Under the pieces are notes generated by a model. The model was not told where the DNA came from and searched no databases. It saw nothing but the letters and a program-made list of their open reading frames with translations. The position numbers were made by a program, and so were the translations under genes. Positions 29,457 to 43,233 of a stretch of DNA of 64,000 nucleotides are shown here, piece by piece (within the stretch, counting starts at the first letter, position 1; every line of letters starts with the position of its first letter). Source of the stretch: an uncultured Verrucomicrobiae bacterium (GTDB taxonomy: Bacteria; Verrucomicrobiota; Verrucomicrobiia; Chthoniobacterales; JAFAMB01); assembly GCA_963762565.1 (NCBI GenBank), contig CAVXLD010000001.1:1339331-1403330 (forward strand). Direction: 5' to 3'.

Positions 29457-30344
29457 GTGATCAAAGAAATCGATCTCTACGCCCGTCAGAAACGGCTAGC
29501 GTGGTGGCTGATCACGCCATCCGTTCTGGTTGTCCTGGTAATCATCGCGTACCCGACGATCCAGGTTTTCGTGTACTCGTTTATGAAGTACAAGCTTGAC
29601 GGGGTCACCCCGCCAAGCTTCGTCGGGTGGGACAACTACTCTTACGTTTTGAGCGACCCGGATTGGTGGAGTGCGGTCAGCAACACACTCATCTTTACTG
29701 TAGTCTCGGTTATTCTGGAGTGTGTCTTGGGTCTGACCGTCGCCATGGTGGCGAACTCGAAATTTAAAGGGCGAACCATATTGCGAGTTGCGATTTTAGT
29801 TCCTTGGGCAATTCCGACCGTGGTTTCGTCAAAGGTTTGGAGCTGGATGGTCAACGATATCTATGGGGTCGTAAATATCGTCCTTACCGATCTGCATATT
29901 CTGCCCCAGAAAATAGCCTGGCTGGCAACTCCGGCGACCGCGTTGCCGGTGATCATCGCGGTCGATGTATGGAAAGCAACGCCTTTCATGGCATTGCTAT
30001 TATTAGCTGGGCTCCAGTTAATTCCTAAAGACCTCTACGAGGCAGGATCGATCGACGGCGCCAACAAGGTGCGCCAATTCTGGGCGATCACGCTCCCCTT
30101 AGTTACGCCAACTCTATTGGTGGCCCTGGTATTTCGAACCCTCGACGCCCTCCGGGTGTTCGACATTTTTTATGTAATGGTCGGAGGTCAGGGAAATCTC
30201 GAGACGATGGCAGTTTATAACCAGCAACAGCTGGTCTCGTTTCTGGATGCGGGTGTGGGTTCGGCCACGTCGGTGATCATCCTCATCGTGATCATGTTGT
30301 TTGTCATCCTGTACACTCGTTTCAGCCGGACAAGTTTCGAATGA
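29457..30344 (+). CDS. Carbohydrate ABC transporter permease (MalF/ThuF-like)
   Basis: EAA loop LYEAGSIDGA; multiple TM helices. Confidence 0.92.
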   Translation: MIKEIDLYARQKRLAWWLITPSVLVVLVIIAYPTIQVFVYSFMKYKLDGVTPPSFVGWDNYSYVLSDPDWWSAVSNTLIFTVVSVILECVLGLTVAMVANSKFKGRTILRVAILVPWAIPTVVSSKVWSWMVNDIYGVVNIVLTDLHILPQKIAWLATPATALPVIIAVDVWKATPFMALLLLAGLQLIPKDLYEAGSIDGANKVRQFWAITLPLVTPTLLVALVFRTLDALRVFDIFYVMVGGQGNLETMAVYNQQQLVSFLDAGVGSATSVIILIVIMLFVILYTRFSRTSFE

Positions 30345-31237
30345 GCACTACTAAAACTGTCGCCACGTTAGAGGCCCCGACCACCCAAGGCGCCACCAAG
30401 AAAGCCGATACCAAAGCCACGGTCTTGCGCATTTTGTTTTACGTACTCGTGGTTGTGATCATTGTATTCAATTTGTTCCCGTTTTTCTGGGCGCTGCTTT
30501 CATCGTTCCGGCCAAGCAATGAATTGTTCTCAACCAAGCTCATTCCGAACGCGCTGACGCTGGACCACTACATAGAAGTGTTCAAGGAGCAAAGGTTTGT
30601 CCAGAGCTTGGTCAACTCGGTAATCGTAGCCGGCTTAACAGTTTTGATCGCACTGGGTCTCGGTAGTGTTTGTGCGTATGCATTGGGGCGGCTTCCGTTT
30701 CGGTTCAAAGGGCCGGTACTTTACCTGGTCCTCACGATGACGATGTTCCCCCAGATCGCGATTCTTTCCGGCCTATTTGTAATGCTCAGAACGCTGGACA
30801 TGTTTAACAGCCGGCAGGGACTGGTGCTGACTTATCTGATCTTCACCATGCCGTTCACCATCTGGGTCATGACCCAATATTTTCGTAGTCTGCCTAAGGA
30901 GCTCGAAGAGGCAGCCTATGTAGATGGTGCGTCGCCGCTCAAAGTGTTCTGGGAAATCTTGCTTCCTCTCACGATGCCGGGACTGGTTTCGACTGGGCTA
31001 CTGGCATTCATTGCCGCTTGGAACGAATTCTTGTTCGCGTTGACCTTCACGATCACGGACAACATGAAAACGGTCCCAGTCGTAATCTCTCAATTCACGG
31101 GCGCAAGCTCCTTTGAGCAGCCGTGGGGCTCCATCATGGCCGCCTCAATGGTGGTTACGATTCCGTTGGTGATCCTGGTTATGATATTCCAGTACCGGAT
31201 CGTTGAAGGTCTGACCGCTGGCGCAGTCAAAGGCTAA
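30341..31237 (+). CDS. Carbohydrate ABC transporter permease (MalG/ThuG-like)
   Basis: ELEEAAYVDGA, AWNEFLFA and GLTAGAVKG motifs. Confidence 0.92.
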   Translation: MSTTKTVATLEAPTTQGATKKADTKATVLRILFYVLVVVIIVFNLFPFFWALLSSFRPSNELFSTKLIPNALTLDHYIEVFKEQRFVQSLVNSVIVAGLTVLIALGLGSVCAYALGRLPFRFKGPVLYLVLTMTMFPQIAILSGLFVMLRTLDMFNSRQGLVLTYLIFTMPFTIWVMTQYFRSLPKELEEAAYVDGASPLKVFWEILLPLTMPGLVSTGLLAFIAAWNEFLFALTFTITDNMKTVPVVISQFTGASSFEQPWGSIMAASMVVTIPLVILVMIFQYRIVEGLTAGAVKG

Positions 31238-31300
31238 ATCTCGGCTAGTCCAGTAAAACAGCATTGCTTTTGCTCGGGCGAGTCGCTTAAAAAGAGCGGC

Positions 31301-31645
31301 TTGCATAAGACAGTCACAAAGGTCTTTCTTGCTCCAGCTTTGGCCCTGCTCCTATGGCCTCTCGCGGCGCGGGTTCAGGCAGATGAATTGCCCAAGTTCA
31401 GCGATGCCAAAGTGAACGAATTCGTCAGTCAGTATGCCGATTTTGTAAAAAAGTATATTGAAGCCTATAACGCCGCGAAGACTGGTAATCCAGCCGCGTT
31501 CAACCAGTTAAAGACCCAGGTGAAAAAGTTGCAAGATGAGATCGCAGAAGTGGCAGAAAAACTACAATCTAAGCCGGAGGAAGTTCAAAGATACGAACTA
31601 TTTATTACGACTTACACGGAGAAAATGATTGACGGTACCAAGTAG
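31301..31645 (+). CDS. Secreted small helical hypothetical protein (paralog 1)
   Basis: Signal peptide; P.FSD..VN.FV..YA.FV..Y..AY motif shared with the next ORF. Confidence 0.72.
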   Translation: MHKTVTKVFLAPALALLLWPLAARVQADELPKFSDAKVNEFVSQYADFVKKYIEAYNAAKTGNPAAFNQLKTQVKKLQDEIAEVAEKLQSKPEEVQRYELFITTYTEKMIDGTK

Positions 31646-31680
31646 AAAAAGCTAGTCAATCAAGTCCCCGCCAAACTCAA

Positions 31681-32028
31681 ATGAAAAAACTCTACTACAC
31701 CCTTCGAAATCTCTGTTTGGTTATCGCCTGTATGGCGGTGGGCAGCTTCATTGCCAGCCGTGCTCTTGGTGACGATGTTCCGACGTTTAGCGATCCGGCA
31801 GTAAACACCTTCGTGAAAACGTACGCCCAGTTTGTGAGCGACTACCTTGACGCGTACAAAGCCATGAAAACAGGCGACAACAGCAAAATCACGGCGCTGC
31901 AGACAAAACTGCCCGAACTGCAATCTGAAGCGAGTCAGGTGGCCGGCAAAGTGAAGCCTGATGAAGCGACCAAATTTCAAACATTCGTAACCGGTTGCGC
32001 CCAGAAGGTCGTGGACGCGACGAAATAG
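31681..32028 (+). CDS. Secreted small helical hypothetical protein (paralog 2)
   Basis: Signal peptide; clear similarity to 31301-31645. Confidence 0.75.
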   Translation: MKKLYYTLRNLCLVIACMAVGSFIASRALGDDVPTFSDPAVNTFVKTYAQFVSDYLDAYKAMKTGDNSKITALQTKLPELQSEASQVAGKVKPDEATKFQTFVTGCAQKVVDATK

Positions 32029-32282
32029 CTGCGTTACGCAGCCCGCCGGCTTGATCTGCGTCGTTTACCCGACTGAGCCGGCGCAGCGATTATTGATCGA
32101 CCCAGGGCCGAACGTATTCGATCCTGGGTCTTATCGTTTAAACTATCCTGCTGAAAAGCCCTGGATGTCCCCGCCCTCGGTAGCAGTCCGACAGCAGCCG
32201 GATCCCTACCGTTTTCCTGGACGCCTCGAAATGCTTGCGCATTTTAGCAGAATAAAGGCTACTCTTTGGCCTTTGGTCCACT

Positions 32283-33341
32283 ATGGCTTTTCGATTTGAA
32301 AATCACGAAACGCCGATTGACGGGTTAAAACGCGTCGCAAGTGAACGGCTGGAGCAAGCGATCATGGCCGCCGGGATTAAGCCGCGGCCAAGCGCTGAAG
32401 ATGTACATGAGATTAGAAAAGATCTGAAGAGCTTGCGCGCTCTTCTTCAGTTGGCTCGTGGGCATTTGGCCAAGGCCACCCGAGGCCAGGAGAACCTGGT
32501 CTTGCGTGACGCTGGCCGGACGCTCTCAAGCAGCCGCGACGCCGAGGCTTTACTAGAGTCTCTAGAGAAACTTTTCGGCACTCACGAACAACCGAAAGGA
32601 GAAGCGTTGCATCCCGCCGGTCGACAAATTATCGACCGAATCAGACAGCAACTCCAAACTGAATCCGCTCGTTCTTTAACCCATCGCGAACTCAAGACGG
32701 TTACAGAGATGTTGTCGAGTATGCGCGCTCGGATTCCCGAATGGGTATTTGCCACTGGCGTTATACAGCGCGGGAGTATGCTGTTGGCAACTGGCTTGGA
32801 ACGGACTTACCGGCGAGGGCGCCAGCACTATCGGATCGTCGAGACGATTGGGATGGAGAATGCCACGGATGAGCTTTGGCACGAGATTCGTAAGCAAGCC
32901 AAAGCGCTGGGTTACCAGCTGAGACTACTCAGAAAGATTTGGCCGTCCGCTCTTCACGCCTGGATCGATGCGCTAGACGAGATTTCTGACGGCTTAGGCG
33001 ACGATCACGACTTTGCCCTGATCCAGCAAAAGCTCATAGAGTTGCCTTTCGAGCCGGCTGATACCGAAGGACACGTTAACGCACGGCAGGCGCTCCTGCG
33101 CACGATCGATCGGCGACGGCAGCGGCTTAAGCTGTTTTCCCTCAATCGCGCTCGGATGATCTATGTGGAGAAGCCGGCTCGATTTGTGGAGCGTCTAAGC
33201 GTGTACTGGGAACTATGGAGAGACGGAGGTAAAGCAGTTGCGCCCAGGAAACGGACTGGCGACGAGCACAAGCCTGGTGAGCCTGGTCACAAACAAAACG
33301 TGACCGCAAACGGGCCCGCCTTAGCCAAACGACTCCACTAA
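32283..33341 (+). CDS. CHAD domain protein
   Basis: VHEIRKDLKSLRA, RDAE, WHEIRKQAKALGYQ and LGDDHD motifs. Confidence 0.85.
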   Translation: MAFRFENHETPIDGLKRVASERLEQAIMAAGIKPRPSAEDVHEIRKDLKSLRALLQLARGHLAKATRGQENLVLRDAGRTLSSSRDAEALLESLEKLFGTHEQPKGEALHPAGRQIIDRIRQQLQTESARSLTHRELKTVTEMLSSMRARIPEWVFATGVIQRGSMLLATGLERTYRRGRQHYRIVETIGMENATDELWHEIRKQAKALGYQLRLLRKIWPSALHAWIDALDEISDGLGDDHDFALIQQKLIELPFEPADTEGHVNARQALLRTIDRRRQRLKLFSLNRARMIYVEKPARFVERLSVYWELWRDGGKAVAPRKRTGDEHKPGEPGHKQNVTANGPALAKRLH

Positions 33342-33374
33342 CCTCGACGAATCCGAGCAGGGTTGCAAATCTGG

Positions 33375-33490
33375 GGAGGGCGCGCGTCCTCGCGCGCCGC
33401 GGACAGGTATCGGTCGTGAAGCAGGCTAAGCGCTGGATCTGGTCTATCCTGGGCTTCGCGAACAACGGATCGCGAGGACGCGATCCCTCC
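33375..33490. mobile_element. GGAG-type REP doublet (REPIN), family B
   Basis: GGAG-GGCGCGCG-TCCT-CGCGCGCC ... GGATCGCG-AGGA-CGCGATCC-CTCC. Confidence 0.85.
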
Positions 33491-33588
33491 CGGACGCCGT
33501 GACCCGCGACCATTAACAGACAAGAACGAAGCATCTTGTGCGGTTGGAGATGCTGAAGGGCCAGCCCGGCTTTGGCACACAGTACCGT

Positions 33589-33813
33589 TCACTGGGTTCC
33601 GGTTGCTGATGGCGAGGGGGAGGGAGAAGAGTTCCCCGGTTTGGGCAGCGAAAGAGTCTTAAGCTGGTCGCCAAACTGATGGAGTTCCGCTTGCAAAGCA
33701 TCTGTCTGCGTCCGGACCTCAGCGTTGAGCTCATTTCTCCTCGGATCCGGGAGAAACAAGACCGCTGCTCCTCCAATTATCAATCCCAACAGGAAGGCCA
33801 CGAGAGTTCTCAT
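33589..33813 (-). CDS. Small membrane-anchored hypothetical protein (YtxH-like N-terminus)
   Basis: FLLGLIIGGAAVLFLP followed by a coiled segment and a Ser/Pro tail. Confidence 0.6.
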   Translation of the reverse strand: MRTLVAFLLGLIIGGAAVLFLPDPRRNELNAEVRTQTDALQAELHQFGDQLKTLSLPKPGNSSPSPSPSATGTQ

Positions 33814-33834
33814 GTCTCCCTTGTTCGCAATTAG

Positions 33835-34392
33835 TCATTCGGCCGGCTGTTTCGCGACTGATTCCTTTACCTTGGTCCAAACCGCTGTCCGACCGAGTAG
33901 GGAGATCCCGATATAGCCCCTCAGCTTTAGCGTGTCGCCGCCGCTATACTCCAGAAAAGAAGAGTAGGTGTTTCCCGACTTAGGATCGTAAACAGTTCCG
34001 TGGTCCCATTTTCCTGATCCTTCCGGGGTGAAGCCGGTCATGAAAACCAACCCGATAAGGGGCCGGTTCCTTTTCGCCGGATCCGGATTCGAGATGTCGG
34101 TTTTTTCAATCCCGTCCGACGTGTATTCTTTGTTCAACGCGGCGATCTTTCCACTCAGCGTTCCATCCACTTCAAAAATTTCGATCTCTGCATCTTGGGT
34201 TTTCCAGAGTCCCACTGGAGCCGTTCCTTCGTCCGCTCTACTCGCGCTCGGTGAGATTGCGGAGGCTAGGAGTAACGTTAAAACGGCGATTTTCCTGAAC
34301 CCCGTGTATAAGCCGATCAACCCTGGATCTGGCGTTGGATTTGACTTTGATTGCATAGCCGGCGTCCCATCTGTCTCTCCTGAGGCTCTCAA
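33835..34392 (-). CDS. DUF2147 family protein
   Basis: GLWKT, NPDP..R.RP.IG, G.VYDPKSGNTY and LRGYIG.SLLGRT.VW motifs; start uncertain. Confidence 0.85.
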   Translation of the reverse strand: MRASGETDGTPAMQSKSNPTPDPGLIGLYTGFRKIAVLTLLLASAISPSASRADEGTAPVGLWKTQDAEIEIFEVDGTLSGKIAALNKEYTSDGIEKTDISNPDPAKRNRPLIGLVFMTGFTPEGSGKWDHGTVYDPKSGNTYSSFLEYSGGDTLKLRGYIGISLLGRTAVWTKVKESVAKQPAE

Positions 34393-34676
34393 GTAGTAAA
34401 CGCCTCACCCCATAATTTATTCCCACGGGTGTTTCCGGGTTCAAGTTCAGCTGCGTTGCGTCTAGCTTGGTTTCAGCCTGAACGGCATCAACCATCGCGC
34501 AGCGTCGCACCTCGCTTCATCGCCCTGAGAAATGTTGATCGGGTGGCTCTTTTCCGCTTACTAAGGCTTCACTACCATGCTTTTGTAGAATTCGCGCGCC
34601 GATAAACCGATGGCCGGGCTTGTGTTACAGACGACCATCTGGTAATAGCAAAGCGATCTTAAGGTAGGAAAGATCT

Positions 34677-34847
34677 ATGGAAAACTTGACCTGGTTAGCG
34701 GCAGTGACTCTTTCGTTTTCTTTAGGGCCAGTCGTGGCTTTGATAGCGGGCGTTCTGATTCTAATCATGCCGCGGCTGTTAAACTTCATCGTGGCGCTTT
34801 ACCTGATAATCGTCGGCTTGAGCGGCCTTTTGCATTGGCCTCTATAG
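34677..34847 (+). CDS. DUF3096 family small membrane protein
   Basis: Manual translation MENLTWLAAVTLSFSLGPVVALIAGVLILIMPRLLNFIVALYLIIVGLSGLLHWPL; not in the ORF track. Confidence 0.85.
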   Translation: MENLTWLAAVTLSFSLGPVVALIAGVLILIMPRLLNFIVALYLIIVGLSGLLHWPL

Positions 34848-34920
34848 TTAGGGCCGCGAAAGACGCGCCAACGACCTGAGCAGCCCCGATATCGCTTTCC
34901 AGGCTGGCAAAGAGAGTCGT

Positions 34921-35688
34921 CTATTCCCGCTTGGGCAAGGTTCCTTTTTCGATCAGGAGCCGCAGAGCATCATCGAATCCTCGCCAAGCCGCGGCCGCTA
35001 AACCGCCGCCGGTGCTCACCCGCCTCACACCAATGTCTGCCAAGCTGGCAACGCGCATCTCGGGTCCCATCAGCAGCGCATTTACTGGCTTCGGCGCCAC
35101 GGCCGAAACCAATTCAGCCATCGCCGAAAGATCTCTGATACCAGGAGCATACAAACAATCGGCTCCGGCATTTGCGTAAGCCACAAGTCGCTCGATAGTC
35201 GCCGCAAGATCCGTCTGTCCAATGAGAAACCCTTCCGACCGGGCAACCAAAATAACGTCGTGGCCCGATTTCGTGATCGCCTCTCGCGCTGCTTTGATTC
35301 GATTTACTGCCAGCCGTAATTCGTAAAGAGAACGGCCGGTTCGATCCTCGATCGAGAGGCCAGCCACACCTGTGTCGAGGGCAAGAGTGACGTTCGCCGC
35401 GACATCCTCCGGCTCATCGGCAAAACCGGCTTCGAAATCGGCGTTAATCGGTAGATCCGTGGCGGCAGAGAGGAAACGTAAATGCGTCAGCACCTCGTCG
35501 AGCGACAGTTCGCCGTCATTTCGTCCAATAGCCCAGGCAGCGCCGGCGCTGGTCGAAGCCAGCGCCTTGAACCCGGCCTTCTCGAGCCGTCTGATTCCGC
35601 CTAGGTCCCAAGGGTTCGGTAAGACAAAGCATCCCTCCTGATGGAGAGCCCGAAAAGAGGCACGTTTTGCGCGCAGATCCGTATCCAT
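34921..35688 (-). CDS. Isocitrate lyase/PEP mutase family protein
   Basis: LPNPWD, ALASTSAG, ADFEAG, SIED and AGADCLYAPG motifs. Confidence 0.9.
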   Translation of the reverse strand: MDTDLRAKRASFRALHQEGCFVLPNPWDLGGIRRLEKAGFKALASTSAGAAWAIGRNDGELSLDEVLTHLRFLSAATDLPINADFEAGFADEPEDVAANVTLALDTGVAGLSIEDRTGRSLYELRLAVNRIKAAREAITKSGHDVILVARSEGFLIGQTDLAATIERLVAYANAGADCLYAPGIRDLSAMAELVSAVAPKPVNALLMGPEMRVASLADIGVRRVSTGGGLAAAAWRGFDDALRLLIEKGTLPKRE

Positions 35689-35740
35689 ATCCTCCGTTCG
35701 TTTAATCCACGAAAAAGAGATTTCAATCTGAATAGGCTGG

Positions 35741-36175
35741 TTAAGCCGAGACTGAGGCGCAGAGCAGGAGAAACCCGAGGAGAAAGAAGACCGCCGAGAT
35801 AATGCGGACAATTCGCAAGGTTTGTTCACCGGAGACCGGGAAAGGGATACCGCTCAAATCCTGTTCCGGCGGTAGATCTCGGAATGGAATCACCCACCAG
35901 ATGGCGATCACTAGACAGACACTGAGACAAAAGACCGCTCCCCAAGCAGTGGCATTAGCAACGCCACCGGAACCGAAGCGCAATGCGTAGATCACCGTCG
36001 CCAAAAGGTCTCCCCCCAACAACAGAACATACACGATGGTATCGAGGTTCGAAGGCTCATGCTGGCTAGGCAAATCCGGGGAATGATGGCTAACCAGATC
36101 ATGCCTCACCATCGCATATTGATAGACTGCGAAGACGCCCGAAAGAACTAGGACGAAAAACTTGAGCCAGTCCAT
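35741..36175 (-). CDS. Hypothetical membrane protein (about 4 TM)
   Basis: Four hydrophobic segments from MDWLKFF. Confidence 0.55.
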   Translation of the reverse strand: MDWLKFFVLVLSGVFAVYQYAMVRHDLVSHHSPDLPSQHEPSNLDTIVYVLLLGGDLLATVIYALRFGSGGVANATAWGAVFCLSVCLVIAIWWVIPFRDLPPEQDLSGIPFPVSGEQTLRIVRIISAVFFLLGFLLLCASVSA

Positions 36176-36438
36176 AGGAGTTAGCGCTCCCTTGCTGCCT
36201 CTATCGATCGATTCACCGGTCGCAAAAATCCTTTCCTTAGCCGGTTTGGCTTCCAAATTATCTGCATTTGGTAGCGATACCAGCTGTGAGTAGAATACTC
36301 CGTTTACGCCGGAGCATTCTACTGCTTTTTTCTTGAGACGCCCTCGGAAGCCAGATACAGAGCGCAGACGACGGAAAGACGTGCGTACGTACGCTCTCTC
36401 CTTGCTTACCACGGCCTCGCACGCGAGGCGCGCTCCAC

Positions 36439-36477
36439 AAAAGAAAACCCGCCCAACCTTACGGCGGGACGGGTTTT
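36439..36477 (-). terminator. Intrinsic terminator after groEL
   Basis: AAAACCCG...CGGGTTTT stem followed on the minus strand by a T-rich tract. Confidence 0.7.
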
Positions 36478-36502
36478 CGAAGTGCTTAGCTGGACTGCTC
36501 TC

Positions 36503-38161
<1,659 letters not shown>

Positions 38162-38174
38162 TTAATGTTCGTTG

Positions 38175-38468
38175 TTATCCAAGGATGCCAAGGATGTCGT
38201 CCTCGCGCATAATTAGATAGTTATCGCCGTCGATCTTGATTTCGGTGCCGCCATACTTGGAGATCAGCACCTTGTCGCCGACTTTGACGTTGAATTCGAC
38301 TTTCTTCCCGTTGTCGTCGAGTTTCCCCGTTCCGAGAGCGACCACTGTTCCTTCCTGCGGCTTCTCTTTTGCCGTGTCAGGAATAATGATGCCTCCTTTT
38401 TTTAATTCCTTCTCTTCGAGCGGCTGCACTAACACCCGATCGCCGAGCGGTTTTACGTTAATTGCCAT
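38175..38468 (-). CDS. groS: Co-chaperonin GroES
   Basis: [25 protein letters not shown]. Confidence 0.99.
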   Translation of the reverse strand: MAINVKPLGDRVLVQPLEEKELKKGGIIIPDTAKEKPQEGTVVALGTGKLDDNGKKVEFNVKVGDKVLISKYGGTEIKIDGDNYLIMREDDILGILG

Positions 38469-38571
38469 AAACTAATTTATCCTTCTTTTGCTTTGCGGTT
38501 TATGATGCACCGGTTGAGCTGCAGCGAAGGATGGGATGCAGGCTCAACCGGAAACACTTCAAAAGTTAGCG

Positions 38572-40602
<2,031 letters not shown>

Positions 40603-40829
40603 TTACATTTAATTACGTTTAATCCGAGCGCCTGATTCTGCGTCATCTTGGCGCGCGTGGCACACTGGGGTGCGCCAAAAATGCTTTACACAGCAAGGCC
40701 GCAAAGGCCGCAAAGAAATGATTATGGAGAATTTAAAACCGACCGTCCTGGTTTGCGGCGAAATTCCAGCGGTCGCTTGATTTACCCCACTTCAGGCGGC
40801 ACTCTCGTCAAAACGGAACACTGGCGCCG

Positions 40830-41366
40830 ATGACCGACCCTGCACCACGAGACACTCCTAATCCGCTTGAAAACCCAGGACAAATCGAGCGTGAAGGGTT
40901 GGAAATAACAGAACGAGACATTGTTTTTGAATGTCCGCACTGTCAGGGAGAGCTGGTTGTCGACTTGGAAGGGGCCGGGTTGTCCTTCCCCTGCGTGCAT
41001 TGCGGGCAAACGGTCACGGTGCCGGAATATCACGGGCCATCGCTGCACTTTTTGGAAGCAGCTACGTCGAAATTGACCGAGGCATTACGGAACGCCCGGA
41101 AAGGATCGCCTAGAAAATTCGATCTCAATAATCGGGCGCCAGCCGAGTTGGCCGCCCGTCAGACCGAGCTTGAACAGCAGAGCCAGGAAATTCAGGCGCA
41201 ATCGGCGGAACTGAGAGGTCAGGTGAACCACGCCTTAATCCAGCTCCATCGTTATCAACTGAAGCTGGAAATGCTAACCGAAAGCCAATCCGAGCTGGAG
41301 ACGGAACTCAAGGCGATCGCAGAGCAACTCTCGCCCGAGGCTCCGCAGGTGAGAAGTGAGAAGTGA
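40830..41366 (+). CDS. Hypothetical protein with zinc ribbon (CPHC...CVHC) and coiled coil
   Basis: Two CxxC motifs and a heptad-rich C-terminus; stop codon lies in a GTGAGAA array. Confidence 0.75.
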   Translation: MTDPAPRDTPNPLENPGQIEREGLEITERDIVFECPHCQGELVVDLEGAGLSFPCVHCGQTVTVPEYHGPSLHFLEAATSKLTEALRNARKGSPRKFDLNNRAPAELAARQTELEQQSQEIQAQSAELRGQVNHALIQLHRYQLKLEMLTESQSELETELKAIAEQLSPEAPQVRSEK

Positions 41367-41558
41367 TTGGCGAGAAATGAGAGGCTCACAAGGCGCTTCG
41401 TTCTCGTCCTCGTCGTCGTCCTCGTCCTCGAATCCGGCCACGCGGAGTGATGGAGTGATGGAGTGATGGAGTGATGCGAGCTACAGAGCGGAATGCGACG
41501 TCCCTGCTCAGGTCCACGGGACGCCGCTCTACCTTTCACTTTTCACCCTCAGCCTCTC
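41349..41558. repeat. Nested repeat cluster: GTGAGAA heptamers, hexamer arm, (GGAGTGAT)x4, GTAG-REP-like hairpin, inverted TTTCACY heptamers
   Basis: Approximate blocks at 41349-41384, 41398-41431, 41443-41475, 41485-41532 and 41533-41558. Confidence 0.8.
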
Positions 41559-41739
41559 CAACCGGCTACGCGGGTGCTTTTCGGACTTGGCGAGTGCCTA
41601 TCGGCGCTTTAAATGGTCCGCACGTATTGCGATTGGATAGATGCGACGCCCGGGGACCTCCTGGCGAACATGGCTCCTGACAGCGCTTATTTCAGGTTGC
41701 AAGAGCGACTAATCGATACCAAACTCGTAGGCTCGTTTC

Positions 41740-41827
41740 GGATGGGTGCCAGAGCGGTCGATTGGGCACGCCTGGAAAGCGTGTGTACCGCAAGGTACCG
41801 AGGGTTCGAATCCCTCCCCATCCGCCA
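41740..41827 (+). tRNA. tRNA-Ser (anticodon GGA)
   Basis: Acceptor stem GGATGGG/CCCATCC, anticodon loop CTGGAAA, long variable arm GTACC-GCAA-GGTAC, T-loop GGTTCGAATCC and encoded CCA. Confidence 0.97.
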
Positions 41828-41905
41828 GATCCGGTGGTAATCGTTCTCGTCGTCGGCCTCGTACTCGACTTCAAAGAGCTACCCAACTCGCGGGGAGTCG
41901 TCCTC

Positions 41906-43141
41906 TCAACCGGACTCCGCTATCCGCTCCATCAGATACTGCCGAAGCGCGGGGTCTTCGGTCAAGCCGATGGCTCGCTGCCAAGCATTGCGCGCCTCGG
42001 CGTCGTTTCCCAGCGAATGCAGGAGAAAAGCGCGTGCGGCCCAGTAAGGCTGATAACTGCCTATACGATCCGGTGAGATTTCAGCGAGGGCAGTAAGACC
42101 CGCTCCAGGATCACCCGCCTGCGCTAGGGCGACCGCTCTACCGACTAGTGAACCGATTCCGGGGGCGACTCGGACTAATCCTTCGTAAAGCAATGCGATC
42201 GCTTGCCAGTCGGTTTCGCCGGTCACTGCCCGCTGGGCGTGCACCGACTGTATGGCAGCCTCCAGTTGAAACCGTCCCATCCGGCTAAAGCCAGCAGCAA
42301 CGCTCAAATGCTCTTCTGCTTCCGAAATGAGAGGTCGCGACCACTTATCTGTGTCCTGCTTATCGAGCGGAATAAAGTGGCCCTCCTCGCCACGCCTGGC
42401 GTGTCGGTGCGCCTGGCAATGCAACATCAAGGCGAGTAGGCCATGCGGTTCTGGTTCGGATGGCATCAAGCTCACCATCACTCGTCCTAAAACGATCGCT
42501 TCTTCCGCCAGAGCTCCGTCGCTAGATATTGCGTCGGATGGGTTTTCCCAACCCGTAGTGTAGGCGGCATAGATCGCATCCAGGACAAACGTGAGCCTTT
42601 CACCCCATTCTTGCGGTTCCGGAACCCGAAAAGGAATGGCGGCGTCGCGTATTTTAGTTTTGGCACGGACTAGCCGCTGACTCATTGCCTTCGGCGAGAC
42701 TAGAAACGCGGAGGCAATCCGGGCCGCATCGATACCAAGGACGGTCTGTAACATCAAAGGAGTCCGCGCAACGACGTCAATGGACGGGTGGGCGCAGACG
42801 AACATCAGCTTGAGGCGTTCATCTGGGAAAGAATCATGGTTTATGGCCATCGTTTGAGCCTCCTCGGCGATTTGTTGGAGCGGTTCGGCCGAACGTAACC
42901 GAACTTTTTCATGGCGAGCGTTATCGATGATCCGGTTCCGCGCAGCTCGGAGAAGCCACGCCTCGGGTTTATCCGGGACTCCATCCACCGGCCAGCGCTG
43001 CAAGGCGGCCACAAAAGCGTCGCTCAAAGCGTCTTCCGCGCCGGCTACGTCACCAGAGCGCGCCGCCAGATAAGCGATGATCTGACCGTACGACTGCCGG
43101 AGGACGTTTTCGATAGCGGAGTGCGTAGTGGCTGCGTTCAT
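41906..43141 (-). CDS. ECF sigma factor with C-terminal TPR extension (ECF42-like)
   Basis: AEDALSDAF..AL..WP..GVP..P.AWL, DERLKLMFVCAHP, QRLVRAK and FQLEAAIQSVH; adjacent to a YCII gene. Confidence 0.88.
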   Translation of the reverse strand: MNAATTHSAIENVLRQSYGQIIAYLAARSGDVAGAEDALSDAFVAALQRWPVDGVPDKPEAWLLRAARNRIIDNARHEKVRLRSAEPLQQIAEEAQTMAINHDSFPDERLKLMFVCAHPSIDVVARTPLMLQTVLGIDAARIASAFLVSPKAMSQRLVRAKTKIRDAAIPFRVPEPQEWGERLTFVLDAIYAAYTTGWENPSDAISSDGALAEEAIVLGRVMVSLMPSEPEPHGLLALMLHCQAHRHARRGEEGHFIPLDKQDTDKWSRPLISEAEEHLSVAAGFSRMGRFQLEAAIQSVHAQRAVTGETDWQAIALLYEGLVRVAPGIGSLVGRAVALAQAGDPGAGLTALAEISPDRIGSYQPYWAARAFLLHSLGNDAEARNAWQRAIGLTEDPALRQYLMERIAESG

Positions 43142-43233
43142 CGCGAGAAGCCTGCCGACCGGCCAATGTCCTACGGCCCTGGGGGTTTGGAGACACAACG
43201 TACATCAGCACTGGGCAAGGCGAAAAGAGCGCC

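Noticed and set aside
40658..40673. Plus-strand TGGCAC as a sigma54 promoter (also 51371)
   Set aside because: The GG to GC spacing is not N10.
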